Assembly (NCBI GenBank): GCA_009103225.1
Contig: RHPI01001292.1
Coordinates: 225,243 to 289,242 of the forward strand
Direction: 5' to 3'
Length of the DNA stretch: 64,000 bases
Source of the DNA: Chlorokybus atmophyticus
Lineage: Eukaryota > Plantae > Mesostigma and Chlorokybus algae
The notes under the pieces are model-generated. The model searched no databases, was not told the origin of the DNA, and saw only the letters and a program-made list of their open reading frames with translations. Below are positions 48,557 through 62,100 of the stretch, piece after piece (position 1 is the first letter of the stretch; the number at the start of each line of letters is the position of its first letter). The translations under genes and the position numbers were made by a program.

Positions 48557-51556
48557 ATGGATGAGGACACCACATTGGACGCCTTTCCGAATGAGGAGGA
48601 GGACGACGCCATGTCGGACTACACCGAGGACAAGGCCGGCGACCAGCGGGACCTCACCGGCGACGGCGGCGTCACGAAGAAGGTCGTCAAGGCTGGGACT
48701 GGCTGGGAGAAACCGGAGAAGGGGGATGAAGTCACTGGTAAGGCTCTGACGACCCTAGCTTACCCCGCATTGCTGTCCTCTTGCTCAATTCATGCCTGAC
48801 CTGTGCATGCCAATGCGCATTACGCGCATAATGCAGTGCATGCTTGACCTGTGCATTCACTGCATTCGGCCCAAGTGTAGGCTTTGCCAGGCTAGCTGAA
48901 ACGTACTGAATTCACTTCTGTGGACTGCAGTGCATTACGTTGGCAAGTTGCTTGATGGAACACAGTTTGACTCCTCGCGAGACAAGGATGTACCTTTCAC
49001 CTTCACGCTTGGTCAAGGTGAGGCAACTTGGCCGTTTGGCACTGGCAAGCAGCTGTTTTTGTGCTGGTCACTCATGGTTGCATCATGTACTTGCCAGGTC
49101 AAGTGATCAAGGGTTGGGACAAGGGCGTGGCCTCCATGAAGAAAGACGAGATTTCCATTCTCACCTGCAAACCAGATTATGCCTATGGCAAGAATGGCGC
49201 GGGTGACGCGATCCCTCCTGACTCCACCCTTCAGTTTGAGGTGATGACAGTAATTTTTGGCACAGCCACTTAATCATACGCGCTCTGTGTAGTTATTGAG
49301 CCTTGCAACCAACGCTTGGTTTGGGCTGACATGCAATGCTGTGCCAAGGTTGAGCTCCTTTCCTGGAAGAGTGTGAAGGACATCACCAAGGATGGCGGAG
49401 TCATCAAGAAAATACTTGCGGAGGGCACTGACCATGAGAAGCCAAAGCACAACGACGAGGTGTTAGGTAGATATAACAGTCCAGCTGCTCACACACTGCA
49501 TCTTGTCAGCTAGTAATCTATTATGTATTGTACAATGCAGTTACATACACTGCCAAGCTGCAAGATGGCACCGTCGTCAAACAATCACCTGAAGGAGGCG
49601 TTGAGTTCACTCTCAAGGAGGGTAAGTGCTTTATTATGCACTAACTTTGTTACTGAAATCGTGCGATGTGTACGATGTTGCATGGCCATGCAGTAGTTTG
49701 CTCAGTCTGGTAACATTCATGGTCTTCAACAGGACATCTATGCAAGGGCTTAGTGAAAGCCTTGGAGACAATGAAGAAGGGCGAGAAGGTGCTGCTGACC
49801 ATTAGATCCGACTGTAAGTGTTGCTCTGCTTGTTGTAGACCCGTCCGCGTGGCAATGCAGGCTTGCATTGACCAATTCCCATCAACTTTGCATTGCAGAT
49901 GCTTTTGGCGCAGAAGGTGCCGAAGGTGTTCCCACAGATGCCACCATCATGGTGGAGGCGCAACTGCAGTCCTGGAAGAAAGTAGAGGCCATCACCCCAG
50001 ACGAGAAGGTGATGATGAAGGTCTTGAAGGAGGGTGAGGGTTACCAGACGCCAAACGAGGGGGCCAAAGTGCAAGGTAACTGCTTGTGTGAGGACTTGTG
50101 CCACTCCGCCAAGTAGCTGAAGGTTGTCTGCTATGCTTAACTCGCATGGCTTTTGTGCAGTTAAGTTGACGGGTCGGTTGTCCGATGGCACTGTCTTTGA
50201 GCAGCGAACAGAAGAGGGACAGGAGCTTGAGTTTATGACTGGAGAAGGTAAGGTTCTATGAGATGGTTGTCTAGCATGGGAAAGATTGTGCGGTCAGTGC
50301 TCCATCTTGCAACCGCTGCTACTGCCTGTTGACTGTCTGCCAGTACAGATTAGGTTGGCATTGGGTGTGCTCTGCTTGTAGCTCTTTTGATCTAGTAGTT
50401 GAAAACTGCATGCCATACTCGGCCATTACCATTAAGCTACGATTGTTTCCTGCAGAGCAAGTCGTTGCTGGTCTAGACAAGGCGGTGTTGAAGATGAAGA
50501 AGGGACAGCACGTGTTGCTCACGGTTGCGCCCGAGTACGGCTATGGTGTCCAAGAAACAGCAGGCCCATTGGCAACCATCCCAGCAAACTCCACCTTGCA
50601 GTATGAAGTCGAGATGGTGTCCTTTGTGAAGGTGTGCAATTGACTTTCCATGGTGCTGTTAACATCATGCCGAGTAACTGTGCAGTCTCACCAACACATG
50701 TTTGCGATTTTAGGCCAAAGAGTCTTGGGAGATGGACACGGCTGAGAAGCTTGAGCAGGCTGCCAAGAAGAAGGAAGAAGGCAATGCGTTCTACAAGGCC
50801 GGCAAGCTGGATCTGGCAGCCAAGCGCTATGAGCAGGTGAGCACTGCTGTTGTCTGTGCGTTTCTGTGCTTGTGTGCATCACACATCTGTCAGGCTTTTA
50901 TGTAGATGACTGACTCAAGATATTATCTGTACCAGGCCATCAAGTGCGTAGAGTATGATACATCCTTCTCAGAGGAGGACAAGAAGCAGGCCAAGGCTCT
51001 CAAGCTGCCCATCTACCTGAATGATGCAGCTGTGAAGTTGAAACTTAAGCAGTATTCAGAGGCCATCAAGAAGTGCTCAAAGGTTTTGGAGATGGAGAGT
51101 ACCAATGTTAAGGCACTGTACCGACGCGCTCAAGCGCACATTGCCCAACAAGACTACGATCTTGCTGCACTCGACATCAACAAGGCGCTCGGACAAGATG
51201 AGCATAACAGGTCAGTCGTGCTTGTCCTTGCTTGCATGTCGCGCTTCAAGTGTAATATAGTGTAGCTTGTGATCCAAATGTGAGTTGGGCAAGCTGCATT
51301 ATGCTCATATGTCGTTTGTCTGTACAGGGATTTGTTGCTGCTGCGCAAGCAGATGAAGCAGTTGGAAGCCGACCAGCGCAAGAAGGAAGCAAAGCTGTAC
51401 GGCAACATGTTTGACCGCATGCGGAAGCTAGAAGCCAAGGAGACAGGCAGGAAGGTGGGTGAGGAAGAACCATCAAGCAATGGCAAGCATGCATCTACAG
51501 CAGAAGTGCCCGGACCTGCACCCGCTGGGCCAGCGCCTATGGAAGAAGAGGTTTAA
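48557..51556 (+). CDS. ROF1: Large immunophilin FKBP62/65 (ROF1-like): 3 FKBP domains + TPR + CaM-binding tail
   Basis: [18 protein letters not shown]...[16 protein letters not shown]...[16 protein letters not shown], repeated FKBP units, [16 protein letters not shown], and tail [11 protein letters not shown]. Stop at 51556. Confidence 0.94.
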
Positions 51557-52304
51557 TTACCTACCCCTGCTGTTGCACGCACGCCATCAGCACCCTCGCA
51601 CTTGGTTAGCAGAAAACACCGCCAACGATCAAGTGCTGATCAGCGGCATAGTTGGTGAGTGTAGTTGTACAAGCAAGGTTGCATAACCTGCATTGTAGGT
51701 CTGGCAATGAGTTTACTTACCTAGGAACGCCAGTTGTCCAAGCACAAATGGTTGTGCCATTTTTGTTGCATGATTTGCTGTGCCACTGATTACGAATCAC
51801 AGCTGTGCCTGTTCTTGGGTGAAGGTTGGTATCTCACATAGTAACTCTTGCATTGCTGAGGGCTGCAAATATCCCATTGTTATTTCCGGTAAACACCGTG
51901 AGAGGATGCTTGAGTAAGCATGGTGTTCAGTGGCATACCCCTCTCGCATTTTCTGTACATGGATGACGGTCGGTGTCAATTCGTACAGGCTATGCGAGAT
52001 GATGTGCATATGCATGACCGCGCCATTGTGACCACACATGCCATTAGCAAGAACATTCACAACCATACGGCACCACCAGATTAGCATACACTCTTCATGT
52101 CACTACCACACTACCTGACTACCGGCTCCCCTCATTAGACATGCGTACATGTGCATACGCGTGTCCTGCTGCGTGTTCTCATGTCGCTATCGTGCTTGTC
52201 AGTCATTCAACGCCGCCCTGCCGCTGCTGCTTGCACTTGGTTGCATTCGGCTTCTAGCCAGCCCTCTAGTGTATATATATTGGTGGCAGCCCCCCCCCCC
52301 CNTG

Positions 52305-52702
52305 CATGTGTGCATATATACATACACATAAATATATATATGTATATATGTACATATGTATACATATATATACATGCATATATGTATATATATCAACATA
52401 TATACATATGCATATATATGCATATCAACATATATCCATATATATATTCATATATATATACATATGCATATATATACATACATATGTATATACACATATC
52501 ATATACAATAATATACAATATACATATACACATATATACATATGTATATATATGTATATATGTGTATATATACGTATATACATATGCATATGTATATATG
52601 TATATATATATGTATATATGTATATGTATGTGTATACATATGTATATATGTATATGTATATATATATATGTATATATGTATATATATATATATATATATA
52701 TG
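52305..52702. repeat. Degenerate (TA/CA/TG)n AT-rich microsatellite
   Basis: About 400 bp of tatatgtata/catata units. Confidence 0.95.
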
Positions 52703-53230
52703 TGTACAGGATATGCGCGAGACAATTGGCGACATACATGACGTCACAACAGCATAGCATACCAACCAGCATGCAAACACAGTCACATATACCACCACCG
52801 GGTGTGTGTATGTATGTATGTATGTAGTTTGCTGCTGATGGCAGAAGCGATGACAATTCTGTTTTGGCGCCTGAATACATAAATATACACATATGTATAT
52901 GTGTAGTTATGTATTTTATTGCTGGCTTGCTGGCTTGGTTTGGGTGTGCAAATGCATCCGTATGATGGCGTATATGTGGCGGAGCAGAAAAATACATGTG
53001 CATTCGCAATTAAGTTAAATGCCCACAGGGATTGGGTGGGTGACCATTGGTGTACAAACGATGCAACTGAGACTGTGCACATGAATGTCTTAGTGTGGCG
53101 TTGGTCAGCGTGTGGATTAGTGACAGAGCGTGGTCGCAGTACAGACCACCTGTACATGTGTACCAAAAGTAGTGATTACCAGGAAGATGAAAATGTTTGA
53201 TGCCTCATGTCCACGTAGGAGGGGGGGAGG

Positions 53231-53319
53231 GGGCCAAAGAAGCACACCATGCAATGTGGTGTGCTTCTTTGGCCCTATCAGTAGAAGCACACCATGCAAT
53301 ATGGTGTGCTTCTAGTGAT
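53231..53319. repeat. Two tandem hairpins (19-bp stems) sharing an AGAAGCACACCATGCAAT(G/A)TGGTGTGCTTCT core
   Basis: Hairpin 1 at 53231-53275 has a perfect stem and 7-nt loop. Hairpin 2 at 53277-53319 has one mismatch and a 5-nt loop. Confidence 0.9.
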
Positions 53320-53663
53320 GAACATCAAACATGCAAACATGACATGACACCCTGCAACATGCTTCAGCAGCAGTGACTCCGGGCAACTGTTACTAGATAT
53401 AGTTATCAGGCACCTAATACTGATGCATTGATGACTATGACAGCAGCCACAAGGCCCTTTGGGCTCTGTGTACAGGGCATGAACAGGTGCTCACAGTAGG
53501 CACATCATAGCATCTGGAGCACGCGTTTAATCACTGCATCCATTGCCATGCATCCCCAGTGCACTGGTTGCATAGACAGGCAACTGAAACGCTTGCTTAT
53601 GCCCATCTGCAGCGGTGAACCTACGACTAGAACAGCTTGAGACTAGAATAGCTTACCTCTAAG

Positions 53664-56600
53664 CTACCGCTCCAAGAGTTTATGGAACTTGCTGACCGGA
53701 GACTGGTCCCTTTTGGGTAACCTGAACCTCGTCTTGAGGAATTTTGACGCATTGCGATCAGCTCGATGACACAGCACCTTCAAGATGATCTCCTCCTTGC
53801 TTCCTGGCGCAGGCCCGGGCTGAGCCCTTCTGATCTTATTGCTGATGGCAGTGCTTACCGCCGCCTGCTCCGCTGTCTGATAGTTCTGTATCAGCAAGTC
53901 TGTGTCCTGTACACATGCAGAACACACCATCAGACCTGCATGTACTGTCCAATTGCAGTGGTCACATGTCAGCTCACAGCGCATACCAGCAGGAATGTGT
54001 CCAGCATACGCTGTGCGTATGCACTGGCTTGTTCAACGAGTTGTTCAGATAGGCCTTGGCCGTCGGCGATGAAGAAGTCTTTTATCAAGTTGAGGTCCCA
54101 ATCCAGCGCTTCAGCATCCTCCATGGTGAAGAAACGTAGGTGGCCGCCATTAAGCACAACTCTCTGCCAAGCCTCCTGCCAACGCGACATGTTGTCATGA
54201 CTGTCACATGGAATTGGCGTAAACTGAAGGCAATCACACAGCAACTCACCAAGACAGATTGCATCAGGGCTTCGGCAACTCGGTCTCGCAAGCGTGACGA
54301 AACCACATCGATTATTTCAGACAATATGCTGTCGAGCCGCTTCATGACTTCATGGGCAACTCTATCGTGTACGGTGACCCCTCCACAGTAGAGGTTCTGA
54401 AGTATCGGCCCTCGCAGGTCATAAAACACCACCTTGACGCCCAAAAAGTTGCAGATGTTGTCAATCCCTCTCTCGCATGCAAAGCTGGCAGATTCAAACA
54501 AGGCTTCCGTGTCTCTGTTTGCTGAAGCTGAACCACTCGTCTCAAACTGTCATTCGCACAAGTTTACTGTCAGGAGACCCACTCAAGCTTGCATCACATT
54601 GTGAGCACTGCACAAGTCATAGTGTTGCACCTGCATGCGCAGACGCTCTCGTGTGGACTTGTCCATTATTGGTATCTGAGTGGCTAGGTGCTGCAATGTA
54701 TTAAGCCTTGTGCACAAGTTGGGTATTGTCAACCGGGCTATCCTCTCCACTTCTGCGGGTGTCATGGCAGTATCGACTGGAGACACCAACTTCACACCAG
54801 CAGCTGCTGCTCTTTCCATGTCCTTTGCAGCCACCCCCTTCTTGAACCTTGACAAAGGGGATGATATGAATTCACCACCCACTTGGTAAATTGTTTCAGG
54901 CAGTGTCTGTTGGTGGGTGAATCCTTACCTGGTCAGACGAGGGAGAGGTGGTTTAAGTCTCTCTGCGGGGCCACATTGCCCCACGACCACTTGCGCATAC
55001 GCCTGCAATGCCCCGTCTATGCCTTCTGACAGCAAGCGCACGAGACCCGCAGGCGGCCGTATCCTCAAGGAGAAGACAGTATCTAGGGTGTCATCAACGC
55101 TGCGCAGCACCTGACAATGACAGGAAAAGGTGATACCAACGCCAGCCACACATGTACGCCTTTCAATGGTGACACAATAAAAACCAGGTTGTAATAGAAC
55201 TGTGTATTATCTATGACATCAGCAAAGTGACTTGCCTCAACAACAGATGCACTGAACCTCTGAGCAGGAGAAACAGGCTGCCATGTCTCTATGCTGAGAG
55301 CTCTTTCAACCCACGTGCAGAGCTGCGCGACTTGATCACCCGCCCACTGGTACAGCAGAGGCGACACCGAAGCACCAACCTGACGTTATCATGCGCATAC
55401 ATAAGAGCCGGCAGAAAAGTACCACAAATGGACAGGACCTGATTGCTCAACCATACTGGAACTTGTATGCTGTACAGACGGGGAGTCACTGATGTACACT
55501 TCGTCACGAACCTGCAACGGTGTGATGGGGTTGAGCCCATCAACGTCATCCCACGAGCTGATATCAGACAGTCCAACCAAGGCCATGAGATCCTCTTCGA
55601 ACTGCTCCGCTGCGGACAAGGCCTCCATCACGCCCTTGTTGATGCTGCTCAAGCCCTGCAGCCAACCCTCAAAGTCTTGTCTGTAGGCTGAATGAAGGGC
55701 AGCGATTGCCGTGTACTTGCTGCTTGCGTATGTTCGCTGCAGAGCCGGGGTGACTCGCTGTACAGAGGACACACAAGTATAAGACAACACAGATCTCAAC
55801 TCAACAACAGCAATGTACACATACACATCAGCACGAACGGACCTGAAGTTCACGTGCTGCAACCTCCACGACATACTGCGCCTGCTTTGCGAGCAGCACA
55901 GACTGAGATCCATGGCTCGCCTGCTTGGCTTCGGCTTTAACCTGAGTCATGGTTGCTGATCAACTGCACTGTACAGTATATGCAATGACAAACCTGCTGA
56001 CAATCAAAAATTATACACAGAGGCACAAACACAAACACAATTGTGGACCTTGTTGTAACACTTGCGCAACGATGCTTGGATGCATCGGACTATTGCCGCA
56101 GCAGCTGCTCGCTCTTGCAAGTCCGCCAGCTGGCCATCTTGAGGCTGGTCGCTCTCAACCGCTTTAAGTATGCGCGCGCAAGATGCGGCTATCTTGACCA
56201 GCGCATCAAAACTCCTGTCAGGGCCCTGCAGGGAACAGTGATGTGAGATGGGCACAGGCTCTGTGTGTTGAACAGCCAGCTTCGTCACTGCACACTACAT
56301 ACTATACAAACAACATCCCAATCTAACTTTGGGAAAGTTCTTGTAGTAGTCCGATAGCTGGGCGGTGGCCCAGCGCAGCATCGGTTGCATCGTGAGCAGC
56401 AACCAATCTCGCTTCGCTGCCGGCAGTAAGCTTGCGCCTTGGTTCACTGGTGACACTCTGCCATTAGGATTGACGCCGGTCCAACGCCACTGAACATCTT
56501 GCAAGAGCTGGTCCTGAGCTGCTTGTAGCAGCCCCGCATCCGATGTGACGGTGTGCTGGCAAGAAGGGATACTTATTGATTGGGATGCGCACATGTTGGC

Positions 56601-58699
56601 GTTTCCCCACTCATAGCCAGGCTATACCTACCTGCCGGAACAACACCCAGGCTCGGGTGGTTGCGTGCATGGCTGCATCAACACGCAGCGCACTCCAGCA
56701 GCCAAGTGCAAGGCGCAGCAACTCAGCAGCTTCCTGTTGACAGTTTGTTGATCAATGGCAGTGCTGTAACCTTGTGATGCAATGTGCAACAGGTAGAACA
56801 ACCAACATACCGGTATGACAACCTCCTCCTCGAGCAAGTCAAACATGCCTTGTAGCATGACCGTGTACATCCGCATGCTGACGGGGTAAGGGTATAACCA
56901 AGGGTCGTCTTGCTGCTCACCGCCAGATACTGCCCATACACATTAACATGTAAGAGGAAAGACATGCATCCATGCTTTGGCTGTTGCCAATGGCATTGCT
57001 AAAACCGACTTCAACTGATGGATATTGTGTCAGAGCTGGCAGTAAAAACGTAAACAACATGAACCGGGAAAATCAACACAAACATAACTGACATGACAAA
57101 GTGCACACCTGTAGACTTATTGCCTTCAGCAACCACGGCAGCAGCCACACGTAGGCGGGCTCCAGCAGCTTGATACTCAGATTTCCTGAACTAAATCAAG
57201 GAAGCACACCTAAGATCAAAAACTGCAAGACCTCCTGCTGAGAGCTTCAGCAGAATGACTGACCTCATCTTTCTTGCCGCTGCAGCATGCCCGCAACCTT
57301 TCCAATGCAGTCCACAACCTTGCAATCATCTCATCATCCTTGCTAGGGGGTGCATTGTCAACTTGGTTGGTTGACTTGCTGAAGCCAGCTGTCGCACGCA
57401 ATCCTTCCAACAGCAGATTGCTCTGCAGTGCACGGTTTGGGTGGGTGCACGCTCACACATGCGCACAACACACACAAGCACATAGCATGCTTGTGTACGT
57501 GTGTTGTGTTTAACAAGCAGCACACCTGAGATAACCTCGACAGTCATGCCTGCATTCGCACATGCGCGCATGCGTGCACGCCATGCATGCACGCACACGT
57601 GTTTGCTTATGTTATGAGCATGACGCACACGTATATTACCCTCAACTCCCTGACAATTCTCTACTTCAGGCACAGGGATTAAACGCGGGCTAACCTGTCC
57701 TTGCTGCCAACGTTGAAAGTCCCTGTACGTATCAAAATCAGACGGCAAGGCTGTGCACAGCAATTCCAATGGGAGACGCAAAGACGCCATTTGCAACTTG
57801 ACGGGCGCACGTGCTGCAGTGGGGAATGGCGAATTGCCAGGCGACCTGTAGTGATACATAGCAGGAGCATGCACGCCAGCAGATGAGTTTGAGCACCAGC
57901 CAACAACAACGACGACATGCTTTAACCTAACATACCTGCCATAGCCGAGAGAACTCAGAACCTTTCTTGTGAGTGCATCCACAGAATCTGTAATCTGCAA
58001 TGGCATAAATTGAGGCTCAACACTTATGCGGATGTAAAAGGGTATGCACGTGGCAAGATTCCTGCAATTGAGCCAAGCTTGTGACTTCACTCATTTCTCT
58101 GTTGGCACACACCTCCAGCTGCACGCGCATGATGTCCATGGCGCTGTCAATAGACATATCATCGGCCCAGCCGCTCGTGCAAGCGAGCAACAGATCATAA
58201 GCTCCTTGCCGGAGCTGATCATCTGTGAGGCCTGTGAAGCAACCAAAGCAACCACAATGAGCAAAAATTTATTTTATTCGTTGAAGGTTGAACAGTTGCT
58301 TCTTGCTGCTATGCAATAAACAGCAGCCTTACCTGACTCAAACGCTGGCAATGCAAGCTGCTGCGCATCCTGCAAGTCATCAATGCTTATAACATTGTCC
58401 TGAGAGCTGTTGACGCCATTTAAGGGCTCGCCCACAACAAGCGCTTCATGGCTGTCTGGCACAAACTCCACTGGCTCAGGTGTTGAGCCGTTGCTGCTAC
58501 GGCTGGCTGCAGCCGGAGGAAGAGGCCTGTCAGGCGTGCGTTGCGATGTTGTTCTTGTGGTTGGTGTTGTTGTTACTGTTTTTATTGCTGCTGTTGTTGT
58601 TGTTGTTAATGGGGGCGGCGGTGGGGGCGGCAATCTGGTTGGAGCAGCTGGCAGGGAAGGCAGCGCCTTGTTTCTTGTCAAGGTGCCCAACGACCCCAT
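53664..58699 (-). CDS. PATROL1: Munc13/unc-13 homolog (DUF810/MUN), PATROL1-like
   Basis: GLTDDQLRQGAYDLLLAC, ITDSVDALTR, MASLRLPLELLC...FQRWQ and C-terminal ILKVLCHRADRNASKFLKTRFRLPK parallel Arabidopsis PATROL1 as recalled (GITDDDLRETAFEILLAC; LVPLELLC; LLRVLCHRNDSEASQFLKKQYKIP). Start codon tentative. Confidence 0.88.
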
Positions 58700-59199
58700 T
58701 GTTTGCGGTCATTGAGTGTCGACTATTGGAAGCTCAGCTGCAGCCAGAATAAGCACTACTGCTCACTTACAGCTTCGTCAGCTGATCAGCAGCGCCATGC
58801 ACACAACAAACCCAAAAGTGCAAACCAATTGCCAACACAAACCTATACTACTCACAGACATGCCCAGCAGCTAAGCACCCCCTGCTCCATCCTGTTCCAC
58901 TGATAACCCAAAACTCAAACATAACCCTGACCCCGACCCCAACCCCTGCCTCGCCGCCGCCGCCGAAGCTAAGCTGCCAAACATTCGCCACGCGTCCAGA
59001 CACGTCTCAGTTTGAGTTCTGCGCGCGAAAGTGCGGTCCCGAAGCCTGAAGCGGGCCTGCGTGGTTTCCGGGAATCGGTTTGGGTTGTGATGTAGGACCC
59101 TGAGGTTTGGGACCACGGTAGATGCAGGAGATTTGCTGCATGACTGTCCCCCAGTTCAGGCCCTTGGGAAGGCCAACATCACATTATGAAAAGAGGCTT

Positions 59200-62100
59200 T
59201 GAAATCAGATATATGGCTGTCATGTACCTTGTGATAATGAAGGTAATAAATTTTTAAATGGTAGTAAAACAATTATTATGAATCCGTATATCTGATTCTC
59301 ACATATAATACGGGATATTGCCACACGGTGTACAGTAAACGTAAAAGACAATCGTGCATATTCAATAATACATACCACACAACACACCCCACACCGCACA
59401 ACATACTCACCTCAACACCACATCACCATCAGGCCAAGCTATGCACTTGCGCTATCCCTCTACACAAAATAGTGCATTTTAAGCATAAATGTAAAATTCA
59501 GATGTCATGATTTAACATTGTTGAATCTCATTTATGGACAAAATGTAATGACCCTACTTGTACCGTCTCCATATTCATCACGCACGCATTATGGTCTTGT
59601 TTTCATGTAATCCAAGTAAGGTTAGCATTGCCATGGACAACGACGATAACCACGCCGGGAGCGGGGGCCCCCCGGGGCGTCTATCAATTAACCAATAGAC
59701 AACCCCTCCTGTTATGGCATAGCTATTATGCTAGCCATGTACAATGTGTACATAAGTGTATTCAGCGAAAGACAAAAGTTTAATGAACCTTGGTTATATC
59801 TTGGTTTGTTGTGAGTGCTTTATCAATGCATGTTTTTACATTCATGCTCTGACATAAATGTGTGACATCGCTATTGATGTGCCTGATTGATTGATGTAGA
59901 ATGCATGTAAAGCTTCTAGTAAAAGTGGTTAGACTAGAAATTGCCTTTTTCATGAATGTATGGGCATCTTGAATAGGAATATAAGAGCACATTAAACTAA
60001 ATATTGTAATTTTGTGGGGTGATGCGGAACATAGTCATCGGTCACTTAAAAATTTATGAAAAAGAGCATGTGTAATCATAAGGTTCATTTTGGGCCAACC
60101 AAGGCGGCCTATCTAAATCATGAAAACATGCATGTAGAAATAAGAGATAACGCGACCTACATATACATATATAAAGCGCTAATCAATATCTTAGCTAATG
60201 CGGCAAATAATACCGTAGAAACACGTACATTATAACCCACACTCACTTTTGCAAATTATTTTCATTTCAACATGTCGCTATGATGACTATAAATGTCTAC
60301 GCAATGCATTGATATCACAATCAACAAGGCCTAAAATACCGTATTAAAAATACATCCCAAGGCATGTGATATTGATTTCTAGGTTGTAATATAGTCGTAA
60401 CCAGATTAGGGCGCCGCGAATTGTTTACATGGCGCCTATTTGTTCATGGTGTGAAAGGCGTCCGCGACAAGAAGTCGCGGGCGCCCATCAAGTAGGTAGG
60501 AAAGGCACCCGCGAGAAATAGTTAGTAATTAAGTCACACATGAACTAACAAATTGGTTCACAAGTGAATTGATGTAAATTAACCGAGTAATTCACTTACG
60601 ACAATCCTACTCCGCCAATTTATAAATAGAGAATTAAGACTGACTACTTGAAATAAGAGGGACTAGATAATTCATGAATGAACTATTATGAGGTGAATTT
60701 TGCGAATGGTAAACTGAATTGGTTCATTGAGCAATTCGCGACAATGCGTTAAATAAAGCGAACAAGCTGGTTGCAGATTTGAATCATGATGAACTAGTTA
60801 ATTCATTAATAAATTAAGTAATGTATTAAAACTAAAGGTTAGTTTATTGTCGTAAGGGGAGTTGTTGCGAAAACGGCTGAGTCCCCAACGTCGCTAGAAA
60901 ATGAGCGTTTACGTAGGGGAGGGCGACGCGCCCTCCCATCACGGCGCACACAAAATTGGTTGTTGTAAAGTATAAAGGGATTTATAATTTTAAAATAAGG
61001 GAACAATTAAAAATTAACTCATGATCGTTGGTTTGGTGAGCTATGGTGGAAATTAAGAACTTGAAAATGGGACAAAAGGCGGGCTAAAATCGTTAGGTTA
61101 AAAGTGAAACATTTAAATCACAAGTGGACTAATGAATGGTTCTTGTTCGCGACCAATTGTCGCAAACAGCGGCCAAGGCATGAAGGCGGCTACTCGCGGC
61201 AGCGTTTGTACGCAAGCCATGTCGCGCGCCATCTCCTGAGAAATTTGCCTCTTGCAACATTGTTGGGTATATGAGAGGTTGCTAGCAAGCTAAGGGTCCA
61301 ATTGATCTAAAGGATCTAAGTGGGCTAAGAGTAAACTAGCGACAGGCTAAGGGCCTAGGAAAGACCTCAGCAAAGCATTGGTTGATTATCTCAACCAAAA
61401 ATGGGTAGCTAGTCGCGAGTCCACATGGCCGACTTGCGGAGCGGCAATTACATTAGGACTAAGATAAGGTCTAACCCATACTCCCATAATTACTACCCCT
61501 AGTTACTGAGTAGTTGTTTATTTAACGAACGGTGGTTGGAGGGTGTATAGTCACATTTAAATAAGTTTGTGATTGCTGTACGTAGGATTGGGTTTAATTT
61601 ATGTGATATCCTACAAGGCCGTCGTAACACCCCCCCCCCCAAACCCCCCACCCCCNCCCCCCAAACCCCCCACCCCCGCCGTTCCGGGCGTTGGCGCTTA
61701 TAATATTTAATTACACCTTTTGGCAACCACTAGCAACTGTCATTGCACCATTGACAGCATGGTCAACGCTGTACAAAGCAATGTTGCTTTTCACAATTTT
61801 GCAAACAATGGCTTTATTTATATCAATTGAACTTTCGTCAGCATAGATGATCACCCTCTGCATTAGGCCCCCGCGCCGAAATGGCCATCTAAAGAGAAAA
61901 AGGAGTGCTGGTTAAAGTTTCTTGCAGCAGCAAGTGTGAGCAGCTGACGTTTGAATAATGGTTGCAGTGATGTTGTTGTCGTAACAACAGTATTGCAACA
62001 GTATTAATGAACGTTTTGTCCACCAAAAGATCACGCACATGTGCCACATGCGCATGAAAAACAAAAATACAGTAGCATAGCAAATCTCAATTGTCGACAA

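Noticed and set aside
52151-53009. Y/I/H/M-rich ORFs
   Set aside because: Translations of the TA-rich microsatellite.
51797-53480. Protein-like minus-strand segments (KMREGYATEHH...QEQAQL*; GGLYCDHALSLIHTL) suggesting a gene just downstream of PATROL1
   Set aside because: No convincing start, homology or complete splice path; RNA-seq is needed.
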